Shown in pieces: positions 27,015 to 37,612 of a stretch of DNA of 48,951 bases. The stretch is from Ignavibacteriales bacterium (GTDB lineage Bacteria > Bacteroidota > Ignavibacteria > UBA10030 > UBA6906). The notes under the pieces were generated by a model that saw only the letters and a list, made by a program, of their open reading frames with translations, searched no databases and had not been told where the DNA came from. The position numbers and the translations under genes are program-made. The number at the start of each line of letters is the position of its first letter. Positions within the stretch are counted from its first letter, which is position 1. Location of the stretch: contig JBBIRR010000032.1 of NCBI GenBank assembly GCA_037441705.1, positions 1 to 48,951 on the forward strand, written 5' to 3'.

Positions 27015-29378
27015 ATGGCTCACAAGGAGATTTCCCCCGCTTCTACTTCCTTTGGACATCCCGAAGAAGGCAAGGGTGTTCCCGGCCTGAATCCACAGGT
27101 GATGGATTTGGCGCTGAACACACGCGACTATTACGGCGACAATGATCTGGCGGCCGACGTGCTACGTTCGAAGTATCTTGCCCCCAACGAGCAGGGGCCT
27201 ATGCACATGTGGAGCCGCATTGCCAGGGCACTTTCCTCGGTCGAAGCAACCGAAACCGACCGCGAGTTTTGGTACGACCAGTTCCTGAAGCTCTTGTTTG
27301 ATTTCAAGTTCGTGCCCGGCGGACGCGTGATGCACGGAGCCGGACGAGAGGAAGCTCGACGCAGGCCGACACTCTCGAATTGCTACGTCATTCCCATCGA
27401 AGAAGACAGCTTAGAGGGTATCTACAATTGCATCACGGAATCAGCGATGGTGTATCGCACCGGGGGAGGCGTGGGCACCGACCTTTCGATTCTGCGCCCG
27501 GAAGGCGCGCCGGTGAACGCGACCATCGATCATTCGCCCGGCGCGACGGCGTTCATGAACCTCTTCAGCGAAAGCACGAACACCGTTTCGCAGGCAGGTC
27601 GCCGCGGCGCGCTGATGCTGACGCTGCGCGTCGACCATCCGGATATTGAAAAATTCATCACCATCAAGAACGATCCGCTGCGCCAGAAGGTTAAACACGC
27701 CAACATCAGCGTCCTCATCACGCATGAGTTCATGAACGCGGTCATCAACGATCAGGACTTTGCCCTGCGCTGGGGCGGGAAGGTGTACCGCAAGGTGAAG
27801 GCAAAAGAATTGTGGTTCAAGATTATCAAGAACGCACACGCCTCCGCCGAACCGGGCATCATCTTCTGGGATACGATGAAGGACTACCACAACGTCGAGT
27901 ATGCCAACCCGTTGACGAGCACGAATCCCTGCGGCGAACAACCTCTGGCCTCGTACACGGCGTGCAACCTCGGCAACATCAATCTCAGCAAGTTCGTTGA
28001 TGAGAACGGCGTGTTCGACTACGAAGAACTTGCCCGTGTTACGCGTATCGCCACGCGGTTCATGGACAACGTTATTGATTACAATATGGAGAACCATGCG
28101 CTGGAGAAGATCAAGAAAGCCGTCGCATCTGATCGGCGCATCGGGCTGGGAATCACCGGTCTGGCGGACGCGTTGGTGATGATGAAAATCAAATACGATT
28201 CTCAGGCGGCGCTCGATGCGACCGAGAAGATGATGCGCGTGATTCGAGACGAAGCCTACAAGACCTCCGTTGAACTGGCAAAGGAGAAAGGCCCCTTCCC
28301 ACTCTTTCAATGGGAGGGATACTCCCGAAGCAAGTTCGTGCAAAGCCTGCCCCAAGAGATTCAGGATATGATCAAGAAGCACGGCATCCGCAACAGCACG
28401 ATTATCACCGTGCCGCCGGTTGGTACCGGCTCGATCGTTGCGCAGACAAGCTCAGGCATCGAGCCGATTTTCTGCACGAGCTACATCCGCAAGGTGAAGA
28501 ACCAGGACGGCGATACGTACACCGAGTATAAGGTGTACCATCCTCTTGTCAAGAAGTTATTTGGCGATGATGAACACCTGCCGGACTACGTCCGGACGGC
28601 GCACGACATTGACCCGTACTTCCGCGTGAAGATGCAGGGTGTGATTCAGAAGTATGTTGACAGCTCGATCTCGTCAACCGTCAACTTGCCCGAAAACGTC
28701 AGCGTCGAAACCGTTGCCGATATCTACATGACGGCATACAAAGCGGGACTGAAGGGCATCACGGTGTATCGTGAAGGAAGTCGGGAGGGGATTCTGCAGA
28801 CCGAGGAATATGCAAAGAAGCAGGAAGCCGGTAAGCTTTCCTCTCCCGTCAAGCAGAGCGGGCCACGCGACCGACCTCGGATCACCTTCGGCTTCACGGA
28901 ACGCATACGCACTGGCGAGGGCAATCTCTACGTTACGATCAACGAGGACGACAACGGCATTTGCGAGGTGTTTTCGACGATCGGCAAAGCCGGAGGAAAC
29001 GCTGCCGCGCAAACCGAGGCCATCAGCCGACTGATTTCGCTCGCGTTGCGCTCGGGCATCGAGCCGCGGGAGATCGTCAAGCAGTTGAAAGGCATTGGCG
29101 GACCCCTGCCGGTGTGGGATGGCAACGGCGGCCAGATTCTTTCTACGCCCGACGCCATCGGCAAAGTGCTGGAGCGCTACATCGAACAGCGCGAGCGCGA
29201 AGGCATTCGTCTCTATCGTGAAATCGGACCACCCGCGCCGAAGGTGATGACCGGCGTCCCGAGGAAGTCAACGGAAGCAACGCCCCACACGAGTGTGGCG
29301 TGCCCCGAATGCGGCTCGAACATCGAACATGTCGGCGGATGCGTGATGTGCAAGAATTGCGGCTGGAGCAGATGCTGA
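27015..29378 (+). CDS. nrdJ: Adenosylcobalamin-dependent (class II) ribonucleotide reductase with C-terminal TSCPD/Zn-ribbon
   Basis: TLSNCYV, GGGVG, RRGA, TNPCGEQ, CNLGNINL, PVGT, SSGIEP, GLKGITVYR; C-terminal CPECG...CKNCG; no nrdB nearby. Confidence 0.93.
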   Translation: MAHKEISPASTSFGHPEEGKGVPGLNPQVMDLALNTRDYYGDNDLAADVLRSKYLAPNEQGPMHMWSRIARALSSVEATETDREFWYDQFLKLLFDFKFVPGGRVMHGAGREEARRRPTLSNCYVIPIEEDSLEGIYNCITESAMVYRTGGGVGTDLSILRPEGAPVNATIDHSPGATAFMNLFSESTNTVSQAGRRGALMLTLRVDHPDIEKFITIKNDPLRQKVKHANISVLITHEFMNAVINDQDFALRWGGKVYRKVKAKELWFKIIKNAHASAEPGIIFWDTMKDYHNVEYANPLTSTNPCGEQPLASYTACNLGNINLSKFVDENGVFDYEELARVTRIATRFMDNVIDYNMENHALEKIKKAVASDRRIGLGITGLADALVMMKIKYDSQAALDATEKMMRVIRDEAYKTSVELAKEKGPFPLFQWEGYSRSKFVQSLPQEIQDMIKKHGIRNSTIITVPPVGTGSIVAQTSSGIEPIFCTSYIRKVKNQDGDTYTEYKVYHPLVKKLFGDDEHLPDYVRTAHDIDPYFRVKMQGVIQKYVDSSISSTVNLPENVSVETVADIYMTAYKAGLKGITVYREGSREGILQTEEYAKKQEAGKLSSPVKQSGPRDRPRITFGFTERIRTGEGNLYVTINEDDNGICEVFSTIGKAGGNAAAQTEAISRLISLALRSGIEPREIVKQLKGIGGPLPVWDGNGGQILSTPDAIGKVLERYIEQREREGIRLYREIGPPAPKVMTGVPRKSTEATPHTSVACPECGSNIEHVGGCVMCKNCGWSRC

Positions 29379-29403
29379 GGCGCCTCTCTCAGGCACGTCG
29401 AAG

Positions 29404-29437
29404 AAGCCCCGTCAGAGAAACCTGACGGGGCTTTTCT
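29404..29437. terminator. Intrinsic (probably bidirectional) terminator
   Basis: AAGCCCCGTCAG-AGAAAC-CTGACGGGGCTT followed by TT, between convergent genes. Confidence 0.85.
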
Positions 29438-29446
29438 CTTGGAATC

Positions 29447-30199
29447 CTACCCTCCGGCCAGTCGTTTCAAAAAGTCACCTTTGCGACGCTCCGAGACTTC
29501 AACCTCCGAGTTGTCAATGAGCTTCACATAGCCGCCCTTCCCTCTGTTGTATTCCTTCACGTATGCGAGATTGACAAGGTGGGAGTTGTGCACGCGGAAG
29601 AAGTTGTAGTCGTCCAACATTTCAGCGAATTCTTTGAGCGTCTTTGCCACGATCAGACGTTTGCCGTCTTTCAAGCAGAGCGTCGTGTAATTCCCCTCGG
29701 CTTCGCAGCGAATGAGGTCGCTCACCTGCACGTACACGAAGCCCGCCATCGTCGGAACGCAGATGCGCTTCGACGGTGCCTCCAGGGTCTTCAGGTTGTG
29801 AAAGAGCGTGTCGAATTTTCGGGTAAGGTCTTCACGGGAGCGCTTCGCTTTCAGTTTGTCCAGCGCCTGCAGCAGGTCATCGGCGTCAACGGGCTTCAGC
29901 AGGTAGTCAATCGCGCAGACTTTGAACGCCTGCACCGCGTACTTCTCGTACGCCGTCGTAAAGACAACGTCAAATGCTATGGTGGAAAGCTGCTGCAGAA
30001 GGTCGAAGCCTGTCCTGTCGCCGATCTGCACATCGAGAAAGACCGCATCCGGCTGCAGCTTCGTGATCGCCTCAATACCTTCATCCACGGTGCGGGATGT
30101 TCCTATCACATCAACCAAGCCGGCGTGAACGTGCGCAAGCAGGTCGCGCAGCCGATCAATGCAGGTCTGCTCGTCATCAATAATGATGGTTCGGATCAT
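29447..30199 (-). CDS. LytTR-family response regulator
   Basis: IIDDE, FLDVQI, TTAY, DYLLKP receiver domain; FFRVHNSHLVNL LytTR domain. Confidence 0.95.
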   Translation of the reverse strand: MIRTIIIDDEQTCIDRLRDLLAHVHAGLVDVIGTSRTVDEGIEAITKLQPDAVFLDVQIGDRTGFDLLQQLSTIAFDVVFTTAYEKYAVQAFKVCAIDYLLKPVDADDLLQALDKLKAKRSREDLTRKFDTLFHNLKTLEAPSKRICVPTMAGFVYVQVSDLIRCEAEGNYTTLCLKDGKRLIVAKTLKEFAEMLDDYNFFRVHNSHLVNLAYVKEYNRGKGGYVKLIDNSEVEVSERRKGDFLKRLAGG

Positions 30200-30207
30200 C
30201 GCGTCTC

Positions 30208-32181
30208 CTAACAGGCGGCGGCAAACGGGAGTTTCACCTCCACGCGCGTACCTTCGGGCAGGTCGGTCAGCTCCACGGTTGCGTTCGCCTGTTTGATTTG
30301 ATTGAGGATGTCGATGCGTGCTTTCGTAATCTTGATGCCGAAGGATGGTTTCCTGTCCGCGGAGAGCCCTGGCGGCGTGTGACTTCTTCCGACGCCGTTG
30401 TCTTCCACGGTGCAGCGAATCATGCCGTTCTCTTTTTGGATCCGAATCAGGATTCTCCCATCGCCCTCTTTGTTGGCGAGGCCGTGCCAGATGCTGTTCT
30501 CCACAAATGGCTGCAAGATGAGCGGAGGGACGAGCGTGTTTTCCCGATCGAGTGCGTCATCCACTTTGATATCGTACACGAACTTCTTGTTCAGTCGCAT
30601 TGCTTCCAGCTGCATGTACAGCTCAAGCGCTTTCAGGTCATCCGTCAGCGGCACTTCTCGCTTCTCGGAATTCTCCAGAATGAGACGCATCAGCTTGGCA
30701 AATTTGGTGAGATAGTAATCGGCAGCGGCGGTATCATGCTTCGTGATGTAGTCGCCGATGGAGTTGAGTGAGTTGAAGATGAAATGCGGGTTCATCTGTG
30801 CGCGCAACGCCTTCATCTCGGTTTCGGTGACGCGGGCACGCAGTTCTGCTTCCTTCCGCTGCTGCTCGGCATCAGCCCGCTTCTTGTACAGAAGAAACGT
30901 TGTCACCCCGCCGATGAGCAGCAGCGCTGCGCCGCCCAGAACGGAATTGTTTTGCATGCGCTGCTGCTTCAGCTTCTCGAACGCTATCTCCTGTTCTCGT
31001 TGATGATCGGCTTTCAGCAGCGCTTCTTTCTTTTCAAATTCAAACTGCATTGTTCTGCCGGCGATTTCGGATTTGTTCTCGGCGTTCATGATGCTGTCAC
31101 GCAGGGCCACCGCTTTCTTGAACGCCCGAAGGGCGTTCGCATGATCGTTCTTCGCTTCATACACGGCACTCAATTCTTCCCACGCAAATGCTTGCCTGTC
31201 CAGCGCGCCGATTTCCGTCGCGAGGTTCAACGCCCTCCTGCAGTAGGAAAGCGCCGACGCGTAGCGCATCGAGGGCTGCACGCCGCGCTCCAGCAGAAAC
31301 CCATCGGGGGCTTTGCGGTACAGCTTGCCGATCTCCATCAGCGCCACGGACATGCTGTTCTTCTCGCCGAGCTGTTCGTAGAGACGCAGGGACTTGTGCA
31401 GGAACTCCTCAGCCTTTGCGTAGTCACCCACGCCGCTGTAAATGATGCCGATGCTGTTGAAGTTGTTGGCGACACCTTTCAGGTTTCCGATGGCTTGATT
31501 GATGGCGATTGCCCGTCGGTGAAAATCGAGTGCCGGCGCAGTGCTGTCGAGATCGTCATACGCATTGCCGATGTTCGCCAGCGTGTTGGCGATCCCGCGC
31601 CTGTTGCCCGACGATTCGTAGATCGTCAGCGCGCGTTTGTAATAGTCGAGAGCCTTTGCCGGCTCCGCCAGATTTTTGTAGATGATCCCGATGTTGGTGT
31701 GGATGTTTGCCAGCTTCCTATCCCCTGATTGCTCGTAGATCGGCAACGCCTTCAGGTAATAGTCCAGCGCCTTCTTGTAGTCTGCAATGGAGTAATACAC
31801 CACGCCCATGTTGTTGTAGGTATCCGCAATGCCGAGCTTATCGTTTGCGGCATCGTACTGCTTCAATGCGAGGGCGTACAGTTCGAGCGCACGCGCGTAC
31901 TGACTCTGCGCCCAAAGGTTGATTCCTTTGCTGCGATAGGAGTAGCCGAGTTTTTGAGGGTTGAGGATTTTTTGTGCGAGAGCGATCGCTTCGTCCGCCA
32001 TTTTCATTCCTTCCACGGGATCGCTGTAGGGGTAATGCCGGTAGGCAAGTTCGGTGAGGAGATCGAGCCGTGTCGTATCGTCGAGGGAATTCTTCAATGC
32101 AGTCGCAAGGGAGTCGAACTCTGTTTGTTGAGCAAGACCGAGATGACTGCACAGTGCCGCGAACAGCAGAATCCTCTTCAT
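30208..32181 (-). CDS. LytS-type histidine kinase with extracytoplasmic TPR sensor
   Basis: Signal peptide, multiple TPRs, TM helix, LRAQMNPHFIFNSLN, QPFVENSIWHG, VEDNGVG. Confidence 0.93.
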   Translation of the reverse strand: MKRILLFAALCSHLGLAQQTEFDSLATALKNSLDDTTRLDLLTELAYRHYPYSDPVEGMKMADEAIALAQKILNPQKLGYSYRSKGINLWAQSQYARALELYALALKQYDAANDKLGIADTYNNMGVVYYSIADYKKALDYYLKALPIYEQSGDRKLANIHTNIGIIYKNLAEPAKALDYYKRALTIYESSGNRRGIANTLANIGNAYDDLDSTAPALDFHRRAIAINQAIGNLKGVANNFNSIGIIYSGVGDYAKAEEFLHKSLRLYEQLGEKNSMSVALMEIGKLYRKAPDGFLLERGVQPSMRYASALSYCRRALNLATEIGALDRQAFAWEELSAVYEAKNDHANALRAFKKAVALRDSIMNAENKSEIAGRTMQFEFEKKEALLKADHQREQEIAFEKLKQQRMQNNSVLGGAALLLIGGVTTFLLYKKRADAEQQRKEAELRARVTETEMKALRAQMNPHFIFNSLNSIGDYITKHDTAAADYYLTKFAKLMRLILENSEKREVPLTDDLKALELYMQLEAMRLNKKFVYDIKVDDALDRENTLVPPLILQPFVENSIWHGLANKEGDGRILIRIQKENGMIRCTVEDNGVGRSHTPPGLSADRKPSFGIKITKARIDILNQIKQANATVELTDLPEGTRVEVKLPFAAAC

Positions 32182-32404
32182 GTCAAAGATCCTCCAGCTT
32201 GAACATCAGGGCATCTCGCGCAACGTCTTCATCGGGATGCGGTGTGCCGCGTCGTTCCGTGCAGAAACGTTGGTCGACCGTCCTGCGCGGCGGCACGAAT
32301 AATAAGCCACCGCCCGCGAACAATCAATCGTGGTAGCGAACGCTATTGTGCCACTGTATATTGGTACCCGTCAACACACCCCCACCAATTCACAAGGAGG
32401 CGTT

Positions 32405-32992
32405 ATGAACAACAAGTACCTCGAGTTTTACAAACCGTTTCTCGAATACATTGATTCGGGAAAGCTTTTCCGCACGCCGTTTGGGTGGCTGTATGCTGCC
32501 TTTGCAGGCTTCAACCTCCTGATCCCGCTGGTCATTCTCTATGTTGCGATTGATAACCAGCTTTTCAGCATGGGAGCGGCGTTCTTCTTTGCGTTCCTCA
32601 TTCTCTGGCTTGTGATTGTGGCTGCCAGTTGGCTTGGCTGTCAGATTTGGTGGAACCGCCGTCAGGTGCTGGCAGCGCAAATCCCGCAGGATACCGACTT
32701 CGTAGCAACGCCCGTGTTTGCGCACTTCGTGCAAACCGCCGGCGAGTGGTGCGGCAGCTGGATCGCTATAGTCGGCGCAGGCGCCGGATTGGTGACAGGA
32801 ATCTTCCTGCGTGATGGCGGTGTCGGGCAGATGCTGCCGATTGGCTTCCTCTCCAGCGGTGGCTTTGTTTCCGTCATCATCATGCCCATCATCGGCTTTC
32901 TCGAAATCGTCGCTTCGCGGGTTACTGCCGAGCTGATCAGGGCATTGGTGGCCATCGCAATCAATACAAAACGGACGACATCTGCAAGTTGA
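32405..32992 (+). CDS. Membrane protein (4 TM), function unknown
   Basis: AAGGAGG RBS, hydrophobic helices. Confidence 0.8.
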   Translation: MNNKYLEFYKPFLEYIDSGKLFRTPFGWLYAAFAGFNLLIPLVILYVAIDNQLFSMGAAFFFAFLILWLVIVAASWLGCQIWWNRRQVLAAQIPQDTDFVATPVFAHFVQTAGEWCGSWIAIVGAGAGLVTGIFLRDGGVGQMLPIGFLSSGGFVSVIIMPIIGFLEIVASRVTAELIRALVAIAINTKRTTSAS

Positions 32993-33035
32993 AATTAATC
33001 CACGTACACATTTCACAATCTCAAGGTGCACGACG

Positions 33036-33356
33036 ATGAAGGCAAGACCATTTACATTCGTTGCAGCGCTGGCTGTAGCTCTCATATTCACCCTCCCTTC
33101 CTGTGACAGCGGCTTGAGCGGCACGTACAAACCCGACGGTAATTCCCTCTACGGAAATATGATTACAAGCCTGACCTTCAAGCCCGGCTGGAGAGTGGAG
33201 GTATTGGCAATGGGCGTGACGCAAGAGGTTCCCTACGAACGGGAGGGAAATAAAGTCAAGATCATGACCGAGGGTAAGTCGGCGACGATCTTTACGATTG
33301 ACGACAAGGGGTGCCTCGACGGCGGCGAGATGATCGGCAAGTTCTGCAAGAACTGA
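33036..33356 (+). CDS. Small lipoprotein
   Basis: Signal peptide with LPSC lipobox. Confidence 0.75.
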   Translation: MKARPFTFVAALAVALIFTLPSCDSGLSGTYKPDGNSLYGNMITSLTFKPGWRVEVLAMGVTQEVPYEREGNKVKIMTEGKSATIFTIDDKGCLDGGEMIGKFCKN

Positions 33357-33420
33357 TTTTCTTGCGCTCAATCAACCGATGGTTCACAACAATCCCCAAC
33401 AAACGATAGGAGTAAAGGTA

Positions 33421-35592
33421 ATGAACGGGAGACGGTGGCTGTTCTTATTCATAGCACTGATCGTGCTGCTCCGGCAGGGGCAGGTCCGGGGCCAATGGAT
33501 TCAAACCAACGGTCCGTACGGCGGACAAATCACCGCCATCAGTGTGAATCCGAGCGCACCCGGCGGCACTACGATTTTTGTGGGCACACTCGGAGGCGGC
33601 AACTTCCGCTCAACGAACAACGGGGCAAGCTGGACTGCCGCCAATGAAGGGCTGAGCTTTATCGGGTTCTACGCGGGAGCCAATGGGTTGGCGGCCAAGG
33701 GCACCAGCATGTTCGCTGCAACAAGTGCCGGTGTGTACGTCACCACAAACAACGGCACTACCTGGATGCAAATGAACACCGGACTCACCAACACCGGCGG
33801 GCAAGCCATCATTGTCAGCGGCAACACCATCTACGTCGGCACACTGAACGGCGCCTTTCGCTCGACCAATGATGGCCAGTCGTGGACTGCCATCAACACG
33901 GGACTCACCAATGCTGATGTTCGGTCGCTTGTCGCAGCAGGAACCACGCTCATTGCCGGTACGAACGGTGGCGGCGTGTTCCTTTCCACCAACGGTGGTG
34001 CAAGCTGGACGCAGAGCAACTCCGGTCTCACCAACACAACCGTGCCGGCACTTGCGTTCACAGGGACCACGCTGTTCGCAGGAACACTCGGCGGCATCTT
34101 CCGGTCCACGAACAACGGTGCATCATGGACGAACGTGAGCACGTTCATCACCAGCACGTTGTTGGTGAACGGCTCCAGCATCTTCGCGGGTGGCGTGTCC
34201 GGAATGCTCATCTCGACCGATAACGGAACAAGTTGGACACCCATCAACAACGGATTGCCGGGAGCACTTCCGTTTGTCATGGCATTGGCCGCAAACGGCT
34301 CGACAGTTCTCGCAGGCGGATTGTACTTCGGCGTGTTCGCCTCGACCAACAACGGTGCAAGCTGGAACGAGACCAACGCGGGTATCACCGCGTCCGATAT
34401 CCGCGCGCTTCTGGTCAATCCCGACGGGAGCGGCGGCTACGATGTGTACGCCGGAACGAACGGCTACGGCGTGTTCCGCACATCGAACAACGGCACCACG
34501 TGGGTCGCCGCCAACACCGGGTTGGGAGGCATCAGCATCTACTCGATGGTCTTCAGCGGTACAACACTCTACGCGGGAGCCATTGGAAGTGTTTACCTCT
34601 CGACCAACAGGGGAGCCACATGGAGCATCAGCTCGACGGGCTTGCCGCCTACCGGCACTGTGAAGGCTCTCGTCTCAAGCTCTTCGGGAGTGATCGCAGG
34701 AACAGCCGGGGGGGTGTTCATTACAATCAACAACGGCGGAAGCTGGACGGCGCGCAACAGCGGCCTGAGCAGCACATCTGTCAATGCGTTGCTGCTCGAT
34801 GGAAGCGCGCTCTTCGCCGGAACCAGCAACGGCATCTTCGTCTCTACAAACGAAGGACTCTCTTGGGCCGCCTCCGGCAGCGGGTTGACGAACACGAACG
34901 TCAATGTCATACGACGGGCCGGTGCAGATCTCTTCGCCGGGACTGCCGGCGGTGTCTTCCGCTCCACCAACAACGGCGCGTCATGGAGTGCGGCCAGCAC
35001 CGGAATACCGTCATCAACAGTGTACAGCTTGGCTGCGCTCGGAACGAATCTCCTCGCGGGAACATCCGCCGGCATCTTCCTCACGACCAACGCCGGAACG
35101 AACTGGACAAGTGTCGGGACAGGATTTCCGAGTTTCTTCAACATCCTCTTTCCTTCAATCCTATCGCTCGCGACGGTTCCAACCGGTACAGGCGGAACGA
35201 CCATTCTTGCAGGAACATTTCTCCTGGGCGCGTGGCGCCGTCCGGCATCTGAAATCACCAGCGTCCAGATCACCTCCTCCGACCTGCCTGACGCGTTTCG
35301 ACTCGAGCAAAATTATCCGAATCCGTTCAATCCGTCCACGCGCATTCCCTTCTCGGTTCGAGGTCCGGCTTCGCTCACCACATGGTTCGTGACGTTGAAG
35401 GTGTACGATATTCTCGGTCGTGAAGTGGAAACGTTGGTGAGTGAGAATCTTCAGCCGGGAACGTACGAAGTGACATTCGATGGAAGCAGTCTGGCAAGCG
35501 GGGTGTACGTCTACAGGTTGTCAGTCTCAGCAAGTGGGGATGGGCAGGCGGGCGTGTTCACGCAAACCAGAAAGCTCGTGCTACAACGATAG
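33421..35592 (+). CDS. Secreted BNR/Asp-box beta-propeller protein with T9SS-like C-terminal domain
   Basis: Repeated GxFRSTNNGASW...GL units; QNYPNPFNPST...LASGVYVYRL. Confidence 0.9.
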   Translation: MNGRRWLFLFIALIVLLRQGQVRGQWIQTNGPYGGQITAISVNPSAPGGTTIFVGTLGGGNFRSTNNGASWTAANEGLSFIGFYAGANGLAAKGTSMFAATSAGVYVTTNNGTTWMQMNTGLTNTGGQAIIVSGNTIYVGTLNGAFRSTNDGQSWTAINTGLTNADVRSLVAAGTTLIAGTNGGGVFLSTNGGASWTQSNSGLTNTTVPALAFTGTTLFAGTLGGIFRSTNNGASWTNVSTFITSTLLVNGSSIFAGGVSGMLISTDNGTSWTPINNGLPGALPFVMALAANGSTVLAGGLYFGVFASTNNGASWNETNAGITASDIRALLVNPDGSGGYDVYAGTNGYGVFRTSNNGTTWVAANTGLGGISIYSMVFSGTTLYAGAIGSVYLSTNRGATWSISSTGLPPTGTVKALVSSSSGVIAGTAGGVFITINNGGSWTARNSGLSSTSVNALLLDGSALFAGTSNGIFVSTNEGLSWAASGSGLTNTNVNVIRRAGADLFAGTAGGVFRSTNNGASWSAASTGIPSSTVYSLAALGTNLLAGTSAGIFLTTNAGTNWTSVGTGFPSFFNILFPSILSLATVPTGTGGTTILAGTFLLGAWRRPASEITSVQITSSDLPDAFRLEQNYPNPFNPSTRIPFSVRGPASLTTWFVTLKVYDILGREVETLVSENLQPGTYEVTFDGSSLASGVYVYRLSVSASGDGQAGVFTQTRKLVLQR

Positions 35593-35711
35593 GTGTAATG
35601 CCATTCGCCGCGTGGATTAGCGGTACGGACAAGAGCAAGAAGATATCCTAACTCTTTCGAACAGATTTCATTCGTGAAGAACTCATCACACAAACAAAAG
35701 GAGACACTGCC

Positions 35712-36272
35712 ATGAAGAACACTCTCTTTGCCGTTGTAATGCTGACGCTGCTCAGCACGGCGAGCTTCGCCAAAAGCGCGTATGACCCAAACGCAAAGAT
35801 TGCGCAGTTCGGCATCGGGCTGGGTGGGCTGGGTGGATTTTACGGATCGTCGAATCTGCCGGTGTTGTCTGCTGGCGCAGATTTCGGTATTGACAGGATG
35901 TTTTCGGCTGGCGGGCGTATCGGCTACACTTCATCCAGCTTCGAGTCGCCGTACTTCATCGGCTTCACGCGTTCGCTGTACCGCTGGAAGTACACATACA
36001 TCACGATCGCGGCCCGCGGCTCATATCATTATCCCATCGAAAACAACAAGCTGGATCTCTACGGCGGTCTCGACCTCGGCTACAATATCGTGTCGGCGAA
36101 ATACGAAGGTGACGTCACGGGGCGCACGTTCGCTTCCGCTGCGTCGGGCAGTTATATGTTCTTCGGTGTCCATGTTGGTGGGCGGTACTACTTCTCGGAA
36201 ACCTTCGCCGTGTTCAGCGAGCTGGGATATGGCTTCGGCATTCTGAACGTCGGCATTTCGATGAAGTTGTAG
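35712..36272 (+). CDS. Outer-membrane beta-barrel protein
   Basis: Signal peptide, alternating strands (GGRYYF, FSELGYG, LNVGISMKL). Confidence 0.82.
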   Translation: MKNTLFAVVMLTLLSTASFAKSAYDPNAKIAQFGIGLGGLGGFYGSSNLPVLSAGADFGIDRMFSAGGRIGYTSSSFESPYFIGFTRSLYRWKYTYITIAARGSYHYPIENNKLDLYGGLDLGYNIVSAKYEGDVTGRTFASAASGSYMFFGVHVGGRYYFSETFAVFSELGYGFGILNVGISMKL

Positions 36273-36277
36273 GAGCG

Positions 36278-36900
36278 GTCAGATTTTGGAATTTGGAGTC
36301 AAGGTTCAGTATGCGAGATACAAGATTCAGGGTTCAGGTTGATCCTCATTGTGGATTCGTCGCCTCTGAGAAGCGAGGTTCAGAATGACGAAGCGCCCGG
36401 ACGTCACGGCTTACAAGCCCTACACCCCGTGCCGTGACGGAAGGGCGGGAACGCGAGCGTGTAGAGGCGCGGGTCGGTTCGAGGTTTGATGTTTGAGGGT
36501 CAGGCTCCAGGATGCAAGATGCAGGATTCAGGTTGATTCTCGTTCTGGATTCTTCGCTCGCTGCGCTCGCTCGGGATGACGCGGCAAGACCCGCGCCCGC
36601 CAAAATCGTTGTGCGGATGCGGTGGGAAGATTCAATCGAAGGGGTTACGTCTCGGTGAGCGTGCACACCGCGTTCGGACAGCTACACGCTCTCCCACCGA
36701 AACGTACGGCACGCGGGTGGCGATTGAATCGTGCGTTACGATTTTGGATGTTCTCCTGGTTACTTCTCTTCCAAAGAGAAGTAACAACAAGTACCGGGAA
36801 TGCGCTCAGGGTGACACCGCGTTCGGCCGTCACAGCTTACACGCCCTGCACCCCGCGCGGTGACGGAAGGGGGAGGCGGACGACCCCCTCATGCTGGGCG
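36278..36900. repeat. Second mixed repeat cluster sharing motifs with 23700-24660
   Basis: GGATTCGTCGCCTCTGAGAAGCGAGGTTCAGAATGACG (36353) versus GGATTCTTCGCCCCTGAGAAACGAGGCTCAGAATGACG (23921). GTCACGGCTTACAAGCCC...GTGACGGAAGGG at ~36403 with a variant at ~36829. TGCGCTCAGGGTGACA is the reverse complement of the 23771 motif. GGTTCAG/GATGCAG-type heptamers. Confidence 0.8.
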
Positions 36901-37094
36901 TTGCCTTGCAAACCCGGAGCATCTAGAACTCCCGCCCTGTGATTTTTTCCTTCCAGCCGGAAAAAATAACCGCCCGGCACTGCATGTCTGTTCACAACAG
37001 CGGCGACAGAACCACCTCCTTCGGTGGCAGAAAAATTGCGCCTTCTTCTTCAAACCACAAGAACCGATAGGCAGATCAGGAGCAGGTTGATGAA

Positions 37095-37460
37095 ATGAAG
37101 AACAGTAGAATAGCACTCTTTGCAGTCACCCTTTTGGCAACGATGGCGTTGGGCTGTGACCACTCGACAAACAGTCAGGACCCGCCGGCGGGAAGCGAGT
37201 TCGTAATCGAAAGCCCGCGCACGCAATCCGTGGTCGAAGGATCGGTGACCATTTCCATACGACCCGCCGGGTTCGATCCCGCGCGGGTGGAGTTTTACGT
37301 GGATGGAAATCTGATCGGGACGAGTACGGAACGTCCGTGGCAGTATGTGTGGAATGCATCTGCATCGCCTTCCAACAGTTACCACACAATCAAAGCGCGC
37401 GCATATAACTCGAACAACTCCTACAAAATGTCACCGGAAGTTGTCGTACGAGTGAAGTGA
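37095..37460 (+). CDS. Lipoprotein with bacterial Ig-like domain
   Basis: ALGC lipobox; RVEFYVDGNLIG...PWQYVWN...HTIKARAY. Confidence 0.82.
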   Translation: MKNSRIALFAVTLLATMALGCDHSTNSQDPPAGSEFVIESPRTQSVVEGSVTISIRPAGFDPARVEFYVDGNLIGTSTERPWQYVWNASASPSNSYHTIKARAYNSNNSYKMSPEVVVRVK

Positions 37461-37486
37461 GGCTGAAGGTTCGGGTTCGTTCGGAG

Positions 37487-37516
37487 AAACGCTCCTGCTT
37501 TGAGGGGCGTTTTTCG
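37487..37516 (+). terminator. Intrinsic terminator
   Basis: AAACGCTCCT-GCTTTG-AGGGGCGTTT followed by TT. Confidence 0.7.
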
Positions 37517-37551
37517 TTCTACGCGCCAGTTTCCCGCCGACGCGGCTTACC

Positions 37552-37580
37552 TTGACAAACGGCCTTAGAATCGTTATAAT
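37552..37580 (+). promoter_or_regulatory. Consensus sigma70 promoter of the hrcA operon
   Basis: TTGACA-N17-TATAAT, perfect consensus. Confidence 0.9.
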
Positions 37581-37612
37581 TTTGATGCATTCTTAGCAAG
37601 TTCCTGAGAAAA

